A stretch of DNA of 64,000 nucleotides, from assembly GCA_964187785.1 (NCBI GenBank), contig OZ076418.1, positions 3,906,001-3,970,000 of the forward strand. The letters run 5' to 3'. The DNA is from Amphiscolops sp. MND2022 (taxonomy: Eukaryota). Positions 40,363 to 52,414 of the stretch are shown here, piece by piece. A program made the translations under genes and the position numbers. Every line of letters begins with the position of its first letter. Position 1 is the first letter of the stretch. The notes beneath the pieces are model-generated. The model ran no database searches. It saw only the letters and a list, made by a program, of their open reading frames with translations, and was not told the DNA's origin.

Positions 40363-43140
40363 TTAGTGAGTCGTTGTCAAGGCGTCAAAACGTCTAAAGG
40401 CAGGATTATCATTAGGTTTGGAATTCGGTCGCAAGTTGTACTTTGCTGTTTTTCGCGGATTGTATCCAACTACTGTAGGCGTTGATTTTGGGGATATGTG
40501 GACTTTCAACGAGTGGGGGCGACGTATATATGGATTATCCGCCACGTCTGTACTAAGATTTGAAAAGTCCGGCGACGTCGGCGACGGCAGCGACGCGTCA
40601 TTCGTGACTTTAGTTTGATTGTCGCTTACTTTTCGCGTCGTCTTTTCGTCATTCATTTTTGTCACTTTTTGTTACTGTTTTTGTCACTTTTTTGTCACTT
40701 TTTGTGTTACTGTTTGTTCGTTAGTGCTTGCACTTTCAGACGTCTTGTGTTTGTCAATTTGTTTTCCGAAATCCATTTCCCATGCGATTGCGTACCACTC
40801 AATGTGCGACACCTTGACGTCTGTGTCTGGGAGATATTCGTGTGATCGTACTGTGACGCCCGGTATGCGTTGTTCTGACGAGTAGGGACGTATACGTATT
40901 CGATGTAGCGTTTGTGTATATCTGGTGCCAATTTTCCGTATCGTGTATTTGTTCTTCGATAGCACTTTTATCACTACATATAGTCCCATCCAGATGCACT
41001 CTTGAAATGCGAACTTCGTCGATTGGTTGTCGGCTTTCGGGTTAAGGATATAGCAGTAGTCGTTTATTTTGAGCGGGGCTGCAGAACCGTTGCGATTGTA
41101 AGGTTTTTTTTGTATTTGAGATGAGACAGCATTATTTTGTCTTTTGCTGTCGCGCGCACTTCGTCAATTTGTTTTTGCAGCTGATCAACTATATCTGAAT
41201 TAGGCGTAGTTTTCCATTTAGGTTTGATGCCCAATTTTAAATCAAGTACGTTGTAGGGTATTCGTCCATGGAATACTGTGGTTGGTTCGCAACCTAGGGT
41301 CTCATGATATGTCGTATTGTAGTTCATGACTGCAATTTGGACATACTTTTGCCACATTGAACGTCTCTCTCCTGTCAATATCTTCAAAGCTGTTTTGATA
41401 GAAGCATGAGTTCTTTCCAAAATTCCAATCGTTTGCGCATGCTTCGTAGACGCATGACTGATTTGGATTTCTAGTAACTGCGTTATTTCCGCGACGACTT
41501 CTGATCGAAACTGTGAACCTTTATCTGAGAGGACTATTGTTGACAAATATGCATGTCTTGTCATGACATTGACAATGCATCGTCCAATTGTTTTTGCTGT
41601 TACGTTCTGCGCTGGGTATGCGAAAAGGCAGCGGGAAATTACGTCAATCCTTGTTAAAATGTTTTGGTATCCAGTAGAAGTTGGTAGATTCGGTAATATG
41701 TCAATCTCTAGGAAGTCTTCCAGTCCCAAGATGTGTTCCGTTATGTTGATCATTTTTGGTCTGATTTGATTGTTGCTGATTCTTTTGTATTTAATGCAGT
41801 TCTCACATTTCAGTACCCCTTGTTTGGTTGTTTTGGCTAGTCCGGGATAGTATTGCTTTCATCTGCACTCCTGTATCACATTTTTGACTCCTGGGTGTTT
41901 TCCCATTTGTCCGTGAATTGCTCTTAGAGTTTCCGTTATGAGGTGTTCAGGATGTAATATTTGATGATTCGTGACTTGTCCGCATTACCCGTAGTATTTC
42001 CTCATCAGTTTGCCATGTTCGACTATTAGTCTGTTTTCGTGGACTAAGAGACGCTTTGCCGTCGGATCAGTTTGTAAGAGATGTTTGTAGTATTCTTCAC
42101 ATGTCAGTTTTCTTTTGATTGCTTTGAAGACTAGGTTTGAATCTTGTTCAACTCTGATATGTGTGTCTTCCTTTATGGCTCCAAAAGTGTACGATGCGCT
42201 GTTTATTGGGATGGGGGTTTTATTTCATAGCCAATTTTATTCTTGTCGTCTCTCCGTCGCGCGCGTTTTGTCTGGCTTGCTCTTTTTGCAAGAGGATCTC
42301 CTCTCCAGTTTCGATTGTTTCGTCTGGAAAGAAGAAAAGTTGTTTGCGACGTTTGTTGACTGTAGGTTTACTTGTATCGGTCAAATTGTGATATCGTCTG
42401 TGGTTATCCTCTCGACTCTTTTTTGGGGTTAAGGTCGATTCTTAAAAGGAAGTCAGCCGCAGTATTTTTGCGTCCCTGCTACGTGCATGATGTGAAAATT
42501 GAATTGTAGCACATAGTCACATGCATTCCATAGTGTGGGAGGGATCGCCTTTGTTTGGAAAAACTGTCTTACCGATCTATTGTCAGTCATTACAAGAGTT
42601 GGTAGTGTTGTTTTCCATAGAAAATGGCTGTATTCCAAAAACGCGTTGTAGATTGCCAAAAATTCTTTGCAGTAAATTGACATTTTTAACTGAGCTGTTT
42701 AACGAGTAGACCGAGGCGCGAAAGCTAGCGTCCACCGTTAGAACGTATTGGCGTCCTGTTATTGTTTGTTTGAGAGCCAATCCACATGCTTCCGCTAATA
42801 CTGCGTTGATCGCTTTTTAATTGTCGCGTAGTTCTTCTAGTACTTTGATCTGTTTGTCTACTGTCAACAGTTCGTAGAATCCAAGCAAGTTTTCTGACAA
42901 CCGCGGGATGTAGTTGCGGGAATAATTGACAAAACCGATGTATCTTTGTACTTGCTTTTTTGATTTTGGAAATCTGACATTTGCTAGGAATTTTTGAATT
43001 TTGGGGTCTTGGGGGGCGATTTCTTGTGGTGGGATTGTTCTCCCAAGAAATTAGACTTCAGTCACTCCGAAGTGACAATTTTCGATGGTTAGTTTAAGTC
43101 CTGCCTGTCTGATGCACTCGAAAACAGCGCGGATGTTTCG
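40363..43140 (-). mobile_element. Decayed Gypsy element 'C' pol (end of RT, RNase H, integrase)
   Basis: KLTIENCHFGVTEV, VLTVDAS, KEFLAIY..VMTDN, LEIDILPNLP..DVISR..SDKGSQF..GILER, KYNLRP. Confidence 0.92.
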
Positions 43141-46100
43141 TATCATTTGCGAATTGACAGCAATTCCAAAAAGTGCAAAAACTTCAAGCAATTGCAACAA
43201 GGGTGTTCGTGGCGGTCGTGATAAAAATCTGGCCAAACGTTTTACAAAGGGATTTACGAAAATGCTAGAACTTTATCATGGTCTCAAGGACTATCTCACT
43301 GGAATTGGTTTGACGAGCTCGAAAGTCAAATTGTTTTGAAATTGAGTTGGCCTACCGTTTGAGAAAGATTTTCGAAAGTGCTAATTTTCTTGTAACGACC
43401 GGCAGTCGGCGAACAAAAAATTCAAACTTTCTAAAGAATTTTGAGAACCTGCGATAGCAAATAGAATAAATGGCCGACCTGGCTGTCGGAACGTGGGCAG
43501 GTCTTATCAGACGCTGCATTTCGATCGTTCCCTTCTCCATGATTGGAGGATAACTTTTCCGTTAAAGCTAAGACTAAACCAGTAAGTTCGGTAATTTGCC
43601 TATTCATACTAGAGAAGCGTTGGTCAATGGACATGTGATCCGAACTTCGATCAGTTTGGATGAGATTGCCATCATCTAGTTCGTTAATTTGATCTCTCGA
43701 GAGGAGGTCGGGAATGCTACATTCGCTTTCTGTATCACTAATGTGATCATCTCTGCTAGCTTTGCTCATGAATACAGGGATGGAACTTCTAGCTTGAGAA
43801 CGAGTATTTACCATTTTTGAGAAGATAGTTGGAGTTTTAAGATTTTATTGTTTCTGAAGAAAGGTTGATAGTAAGAAGATGAAATGGAATTTTTTGAGTG
43901 AAATTCTGGAATGTGGTTAGCAACTAGTCGCAATGTACAAAATGCTCTAATGGCAGCACCAATTCACTTCGTGTTAAATATGGCGATGCTGGTCACGTGA
44001 CCACTCGACCAATCATATTGTGACGTTCATTCGCACCTTGGTAGGTAATTGCGCAATTTGCGTCTAAATTTGTTGAAATATGGAAATGGTGTGTAATTAT
44101 GTTACTATGGTTACATGACTCAATTTTGGTATGATCGTTACTATGATGATGGTAATATATGCACATCACAGTACTGTAGTAATATACTCACTATATATAT
44201 ATATATGCACTATGATGTTAATGATACTACATATGTAGTTAATTGGTTAAGTGACGATACTGATTATACTTTAGAATTCTAAAATGGATGAAGTAAACTT
44301 GATGATGGTATATCAACTGCATTGTTGGCTAAATGTTATAAAATCGGTGAAGTGAAATCAGATGAGTCAACTTGATGATGATGTATTGACTGCGTCGTTA
44401 GTTAAATGTTATGAATTTGGTAAAAGTGAATCTTGTTCAACTCTGGTATGTGTGTCTTCCTTTATGGCTCCAAAAGTGTACGATGCGCTGTTTATTGGGA
44501 TGGGGGTTTTATTTCATAGCCAATTTTATTCTTGTCGTCTCTCCGTCGCGCGCGTTTTGTCTGGCTTGCTCTTTTTGCAAGAGGATCTCCTCTCCAGTTT
44601 CGATTGTTTCGTCTGGAAAGAAGAAAAGTTGTTCCTCATCTGCGACGTTTGTTGACTGTAGGTTTACTTGTATCGGTCAAATTGTGATATCGTCTGTGGT
44701 TATCCTCTCGACTCTTTTTTGGGGTTAAGGTCGATTCTTAAAAGGAAGTCAGCCGCAGTATTTTTGCGTCCCTGCTACGTGCATGATGTGAAAATTGAAT
44801 TGTAGCACATAGTCACATGCATTCCATAGTGTGGGAGGGATCGCCTTTGTTTGGAAAAACTGTCTTACCGATCTATTGTCAGTCATTACAAGAGTTGGTA
44901 GTGTTGTTTTCCATAGAAAATGGCTGTATTCCAAAAACGCGTTGTAGATTGCCAAAAATTCTTTGCAGTAAATTGACATTTTTAACTGAGCTGTTTAACG
45001 AGTAGACCGAGGCGCGAAAGCTAGCGTCCACCGTTAGAACGTATTGGCGTCCTGTTATTGTTTGTTTGAGAGCCAATCCACATGCTTCCGCTAATACTGC
45101 GTTGATCGCTTTTTAATTGTCGCGTAGTTCTTTTAGTACTTTGATCTGTTTGTCTACTGTCAACAGTTCGTAGAATCCAAGCAAGTTTTCTGACAACCGC
45201 GGGATGTAGTTGCGGGAATAATTGACAAAACCGATGTATCTTTGTACTTGCTTTTTTGATTTTGGAAATCTGACATTTGCTAGGAATTTTTGAATTTTGG
45301 GGTCTTGGGGGGCGATTTCTTGTGGTGGGATTGTTCTCCCAAGAAATTAGACTTCAGTCACTCCGAAGTGACAATTTTCGATGGTTAGTTTAAGTCCTGC
45401 CTGTCTGATGCACTCGAAAACAGCGCGGATGTTTCGTATCATTTGCGAATTGACAGCAATTCCAAAAAGTGCAAAAACTTCAAGCAATTGCAACAAGGGT
45501 GTTCGTGGCGGTCGTGATAAAAATCTGGCCAAACGTTTTACAAAGGGATTTACGAAAATGCTAGAACTTTATCATGGTCTCAAGGACTATCTCACTGGAA
45601 TTGGTTTGACGAGCTCGAAAGTCAAATTGTTTTGAAATTGAGTTGGCCTACCGTTTGAGAAAGATTTTCGAAAGTGCTAATTTTCTTGTAACGACCGGCA
45701 GTCGGCGAACAAAAAATTCAAAATTTCTAAAGAATTTTGAGAACCTGCGATAGCAAATAGAATAAATGGCCGACGTGGCTGTCGTAACGTTGACAGGTCT
45801 TATCAGACGCTGCATTTCGATCGTTCCCTTCTCCATGATTGGAGGATAACTTTTCCGTTAAAGCTAAGACTAAACCAGTAAGTTCGGTAATTTGCCTATT
45901 CATACTAGAGAAGCGTTGGTCAATGGACATGTGATCCGAACTTCGATCAGTTTGGATGAGATTGCCATCATCTAGTTCGTTAATTTGATCTCTCGAGAGG
46001 AGGTCGGGAATGCTACATTCGCTTTCTGTATCACTAATGTGATCATCTCTGCTAGCTTTGCTCATGAATACAGGGATGGAACTTCTAGCTTGAGAACGAG

Positions 46101-46728
46101 TATTTACCATTTTTGAGAAGATAGTTGGAGTTTTAAGATTTTATTGTTTCTGAAGAAAGGTTGATAGTAAGAAGATGAAATGGAATTTTTTGAGTGAAAT
46201 TCTGGAATGTGGTTAGCAACTAGTCGCAATGTACAAAATGCTCTAATGGCAGCACCAATTCACTTCGTGTTAATTATGGCGATGCTGGTCACGTGACCAC
46301 ATCGACCAATCATATTGTGACGTTCATTCGCACCTTGGTAGGTAATTGCGCAATTTGCGTCTAAATTTGTTGAAATATGGAAATGGTGTGTAATTATGTT
46401 ACTATGGTTACATGACTCAATTTTGGTATGATCGTTACTATGATGATGGTAATATATGCACATCATAGTACTGTAGTAATATACTCACTATATATATATA
46501 TATATATATGCACTATGATGTTAATGATACTACATATGTAGTTAATTGGTTAAGTGACGATACTGATTATACTTTAGAATACTAAAATGGATGAAGTAAA
46601 CTTGATGATGGTATATCAACTGCATTGTTGGCTAAATGTTATAAAATCGGTGAAGTGAAATCAGATGAGTAAACTTGATGATGATGTAATGACTGCGTCG
46701 TTGGTTAAATGTTATGAATTTGGTAAAA
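42139..46728. repeat. Tandem duplication with ~2.29-kb unit spanning element C pol and part of the element B LTR
   Basis: 42139.. matches 44428.. (offset 2289, then 2296 after a 7-bp indel); identical short ORF sets recur 2296 bp apart. Confidence 0.95.
43484..44427 (-). repeat. Partial family-B LTR created by the tandem duplication
   Basis: Near-identical to 45780-46728. Confidence 0.9.
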
Positions 46729-47496
46729 TGAAATCAGATGAAGGTACACTAACAACATCATTGATTAAATGTTCATGAAAATGACTTTACAGATATATGT
46801 GGAAAAAGTCTGGTTATTGTTAATAAATGGTTGAGGTTTGTTCAGGACAAAATATTGTAGATGCAAACATTTGTTTAAGTTTATTCAGCCAGATGTAGTT
46901 CCCTCAACTACATCTTTTTTCAGTTTACTAGTATGATTTCGTCTCATAGTATTTCTTTTCTGGATGTAGTGTACTCAGGTTCATTCGAAGTATTCATGCG
47001 TCAGGCATGACACTCCGGGTCTTTTTTGAAAAGAGCATGTGGTCGGGATGGATTGTATTTACATCAGAGTGAGGGGAGCTGAGCTCTTGTGTGTGAATCA
47101 GCAGAGTTGATTTCGGTGTTGGTTATTCAATTAGAAGTGGTAGTGATGTTGTCATGGTAACCACATCGTCGGTATTGTATTCTCGTCGTGGTCGGAAGTA
47201 AACGGTTGGTTTAATACTTCTTCTCGGCAATGGGGGGAAGTGCTAGCAGTGCGTCGAGTATTCCTCTTCGGTAGAGAGTAAATATATAGTCAATGTGGCG
47301 ATGGTAGCCACGTCATCCATTCGTGCGCGTTGTTTAGAGTAAACTAGTGAGAGTAAGAGTGGAATGACCGGAAATTAATAACGTGGCAGCGTGATATAAT
47401 TACTCGGCTTATTCGGTAACTGTTCGGAAGTAAGGTGTAGAGGAATATCGTGCGCTTTTGTAAACCAATCCTCGTCGATGCCAAATACGAGAAACA
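45780..47496 (-). repeat. 3' LTR of element B (upper boundary uncertain)
   Basis: Matches 60101-61328 and 62504-64000; the latter confirms the repeat up to 47290. Candidate start TG at 47496 follows a weak PPT (GGAAAGAAA). Confidence 0.75.
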
Positions 47497-47863
47497 AATT
47501 TCTTTCCAGTTTATTCGTTCATGAATTGTTCAGCAGTTCAGTTCGACCGCGGATTACTGAGTGACTGTATCAATTGATCAAGTGGGCTATAAGAAGGGTA
47601 AGCCAGGGAGTCGTATTGCGATTTTGGAGGGTTTTTTCCGGGTAGGTTGGTGACCCTTTGAGAGGAATATTATTAGTTGAATTACGGGAGATTGTTATCC
47701 CTTTGAAATTTTCGGGTAGTAACTTGGCATAGATAAAGTGGGTGATCAGGCCACATGATTATTAGGAGTTACTCTGAATCTCAGTAAATCGCAAACGACT
47801 GTGTGCTTCCAGATTATTAGCCTTTATTTTATTCCCTTTTCAGACTTGTCTGTTATCTTCATT

Positions 47864-50800
47864 ATGGATACAACGCCTCAAGCAGAGACGCCTCAGGCGG
47901 AAACGGATGTGGCTGCTGTTGTGGTAGCTGCAGAAGGAGTATTAACTGAGTTTGCGCAGTTGAGCTTTTCCTCGGTGGGCAGCGAATTCACGGCTGCTGT
48001 CGAAGAGACCCTATCAGAAGAACGTCAAGGGAGTTGTTGTCGCTTCGCTCGCTGGGAAGGTGACTGCTACTAACAGCGAAGTAGCCAACACTTTACTAGA
48101 AATAACTCTGTCAAATGAATTCCGTGAGTACTTCCAATTTCCAATATTTCTTTGTTTCCGTCGTTGTATGTGCTCATCTGGCTGATTTTGGTTGGATGAT
48201 GGGGGGTACCGTTTTTCATTAGGTACTCACATGTAGACTGTTCCTCTTTGTTTTTACTGTATGAAGTAGTAACCATTGGAGGTTATCTTCCTTCAGAGCA
48301 TCCTGAATTTCGTAATACTAGTATGTCGTCTAGACGGTACTGGTATTGAGACTTCTGAACTTCCCGGGATCAAATGCTCTGGATAACTAATGTTGTAACT
48401 AAGTTAGCATTATTGTATTTAGAAGAATTGTCACTCGTCGAAATTGTGGGTTTGTTGCGTAAACTGTTGGCGTCAAAACGCGGTACTGCTGCCAGTGGTG
48501 TCCTTGCATCTGCTGCTTTGGGAGATCGTCTCAGCTCTGTGCTGACGGCTGAACGAGGTATGTAGTCGGTTGTCAAGCATTAGGTTGAATATATTTCGAA
48601 TCGGTTGCATTGTTATCGTTAGTGTTTTCCAGCATGTGGAGAGGTGTATAGCATATAGGTAGGGTTAAACTTGTGTTGTAGGGACTGTTACAGGCTTGCC
48701 TGTAACTATTGTGGATCTGGAGTCATCGTTACAACGGATGACTAAGGAACTGACTGAGACTGTGAAGGCCATCATCGAGTCCAAGTTGGGGAAGTTAGGG
48801 TCAGTCTGTGCCCTTTCTGTTGAAGAGTTCGTTGGTAAATTGAAGGCAGCTGTGGAGCAACTGGTCGGAACTGCTGTGCCTGTTGGATCTGGTGTCGACC
48901 ACACATTGACGAGTGTGGCATCAGCTCAATTGGAAACACCCAGGAGTCCTCTGGATGCTGGTAGTGTTCGATCTGCTAACTTGAGCCAGATTTCTGATGT
49001 TACCACTGCTGTTGCTGGTGTACGCTCCGTTGTTTTGAAGGAGGGAAGGGTCACCACATCAGCTGCTGCGAAACCTGGTAAGAATCTCATAAGATCATGG
49101 GAGGGGTTTTAGTATTAGTATCTAGGCTAAGGATTGCTATTTACAGGGTTTTTTTGGAGTTTGTTATGTTTCTTGTTGTAGGTCGCAATAAGAAGGTGAA
49201 AACGCTGAAGCCTTCTTATTTTGTTTCTGGGGTTGTGGGAACGTTCGTCGGCTTTCCACGCCATAAACGTGTGGTTGACGGATACGCCAGATGTCTACTG
49301 TGCAAGGTCGACCTCAGCATTGCCGGACATGGCTTGTCCTCTTTGTGGGAACACTGGCGAGGTGTAGAACACACCCGTGTCGAGCAGAAGTATCGGATCA
49401 TGATGCAGATGCCGTTACTTGACAAGGCCTGTCGGCCAGTGTCAGCCGAAGAAGACAGACGAATTCGCCGAGAACGGATGTCCGAACCGCCCGTGTTTCT
49501 AGAATCGGAGTTAAGTCTCAGCGTGGACGAACGAGTTGCCATTGAGGAGGCTGAAGCGGCTGCTGGCGGAAGACCTGCTCTGGGTGGAGAGAGCACTTCC
49601 TTCTTGTGGTTGTGCCAGTTTGTCAGTAGTTTCTGCAGCACCAGTACGTACGGAGACGTGATGCAGATGATGGAGTCGTGGCGAGGCTCCATGGACACTG
49701 AACTGAGGGTTGAGTGCAGAACTTTGACTTACACACGATGCCAGGTATGTATCTACATTAGTTTGTATTGGTTCTTGTTTGTGTGTGATGGTGTTGTTGA
49801 AGCGTTGTTATAGCATGTTAGTGTATGTATCGGTACAGTTATAGGTAAAATTATATTGAAAGAGGTTGTATTTTGTTCACAGAGCCTAGTTCACTACGGG
49901 TTATACCGGTTCGTGATAGAACAACTGAATGGACTCCTATCACGTGGCAAAAGTGCGAGTCTCAACATCAGACGTCACGAGGCGGATTGGCTATGTGAGT
50001 GCCATGTGGTGTGTGATTACTCTGTGAAGACAGTTGTTCTTGGCGTAGTGGTTGGCGGGACCGGCTGGGAGAATCGGATGGTTGACAATGTTGTGCCAGT
50101 GTTGTTGAGTCTACCTCATGCTTCTTCCGTGCGGCTATACGGCACCGAGTCAGAGACGCGGATTGGTTATGCATTGGCAGCTTCTGTCGGAATTGTTGAC
50201 CCTTTGGTTGTGGGACGTGTAACACAGTTGTGGTTGTTCGAGTTAGTCAGAAAACTCTTTCTTGCCGAGTTCTCTGGGCTGGATCCTCTCAGTGTCTTAG
50301 ACTATCTGCGTGTGCGGCTAGCTTCTGTGGTTCAGGAAAAGATGCTGGATCGTCTACCTCGTATGAGACGAGTGAGTATTTGACTTTACATTTGTGTAGT
50401 ATGTGGTATAACAAAGGACATTTGGTCTGAATATTGTTTTTTTTGTGTTGGGGGGAAAGGTTTTTGAGGTGTCTATCGATTTTCGTGTTCACATGTGTTT
50501 TTTGCTATTATAGTTCATCCGGATTGGAGGAAGTGATGTGGTCACTATGGCAGCTTTGTGCGTAGAAGTGGTTGAGTATTGGAATGACCTAGGAGCCTAT
50601 TTTGGAACCCATCGTCCTCATGCTACATCTGAACTACGCTTGGTGACTCCGCTCGAGGTGCAAGTCTTCGATGATGCCATGATGCGTCCTCGTTTTGCTG
50701 TCCTACGGTTCATATTGGATACACGTTAGTATGGTTCGGTTTTGTTTGTGTTAGTGTATTGGCGGTGATTTTTTTTTGTAGTAAATTTTCGACTAAGATA

Positions 50801-52414
50801 TCAGTGGTTGTGGTGATGTGANNNNNNNNNNNNNNNNNNNNNNNNNNNNNNNNNNNNNNNNNNNNNNNNNNNNNNNNNNNNNNNNNNNNNNNNNNNNNNN
50901 NNNNNNNNNNNNNNNNNNNNNNNNNNNNNNNNNNNNNNNNNNNNNNNNNNNNNNNNNNNNNNNNNNNNNNNNNNNNNNNNNNNNNNNNNNNNNNNNNNNN
51001 NNNNNTAGGACGTTCGAAAAATAGGTATGAGCGTAAGTAAACGTGTTTCGTTCTTTGTTTGCAGTGGCTGAAACTTGTCCTCGACTGTGTAGAGGCAGCA
51101 GAGACAGTAACGTGGTTGCCGAGCGTGAGCTGTCGCAGTTCATCAGGAAGCTCATGCGCTTAGTGTATCCTGAGTCAGTGATTCCCGCAGAGTACGAGGT
51201 AGATTTGCTATTGCGATCTGTAGACCGCGAGTTCTCCGTTATAGATGACAACTTATATGAGTTACATTTCGGCCAATACTTCCGGTACGACGTTCGTACG
51301 CAACTTTCCTTCTTTTATCGATCTGTGCAGAAACTGTTGGGATCTGTGTATAAAGAACTTGCAGGGACGTGGCAACGTGGGGCTATCGACCACTTCAGTT
51401 TGACCCCATTTGACCCGGTGCTAGTGCATAGTGGATCTGAAGACCCTTGCATTGACGCCTTAGTTGGAACCTGTGCTACTCTATCCCGCAAGAACTTAGT
51501 GGACGATACCATGGCGGCAGTTATCCTAAGGCAGTATCGTGAAGTAACGCAGTTTTTCAAAAATAAGTGGACTCTGATTGAAGGCACACCTGCCGTTGAT
51601 GACGTGATTACTTTGTGGTACTCCTATCCCTATTGGTCTCGGTGTCAAGAGTTGCTGTCAGTGTTGGACATCCTATTCGGGCTTGCCGTGTTCGGAACTT
51701 ACAGTCCTAACTTTAGTGACGAATTTAATACCGCAATGCCTGTCGATACGCAGCGTTCCAGTCTAGACCTAGTCAGAAGTTGGTTCTCGAAAATGTTTGC
51801 TGGGCACACTCGTCAAACGCTCACTGGGCTTTTACGCGTTTGTTCTACCAGTGACATGCAGGTGTCTCGATTGTCTGATGAAGCGCGTTGCAAGCCCTGG
51901 GACCGCCTAATCAAGTCGAGTTTGAACGAGTCACTTGCTCTGGAAAATGCCATTTTAACGAATGATGTAGCTACTTCTTCATCAGCACCCATAGATGATT
52001 ACCGGTCGACGTATTGGCTCAACTCGATCTCGTCGAGGTAATGAGTCCCCCACGGCTGGACGACGAAGCAGCCCCATCGTCAAGAGTAGCGTCCAGCCAA
52101 AGAAAGGTGCGCGAAAACAGACTGATGTTATCTTAGGAGTTGGCCCTTCAACTTCTCCTCAGCCGGCTCCTAAGAGGAAGAAATCTATAGCTAGACCTGT
52201 GAAGAGTGCGAGTCGCAGTGTTCCGTCAACCAGTCGTGGAAGTTCTCGAACAAGGCAGTCAGTAGGGCGCAGGACAGGCGGAGTTCCCCGTGGAAGGAAA
52301 AGTTTACAATTGGCGAATGTTGGATCTGACGACGATTCTGCTGACGACATAGTTGTGAGTGGGAAGAAACGTCAAAGTCGTTTCCATTTGGATACATCGG
52401 ACTCGGGAAACTAG
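47864..52414 (+). CDS. Antisense multi-exon gene: BED zinc finger and hAT-transposase-like protein of roughly 1100 aa, with two apparent frameshifts
   Basis: Exons 47864-48059, ~48334-48557, 48682-49077, 49182-49744, 49883-50371, 50514-50724, 51065-52414. GT-AG introns have matching phases (1,1,0,0,1) from exon 2 to exon 7. ARCLLCKVDLSIAGHGLSSLWEHWRGVEH is a BED-like CCHH finger. EYWNDLGAYF, FDP and LWYSYPYWSRCQELLSVLDILFGL are hAT-like motifs. Confidence 0.8.
50822..51005. other. Assembly gap (N run) within intron 6 of the antisense gene
   Basis: Run of N. Confidence 1.

Noticed and set aside
46260-46466. 68-aa His-rich ORF MMCIYYHHH repeated in LTR copies
   Set aside because: It recurs only because the LTR is repeated; low-complexity and no sign of coding.
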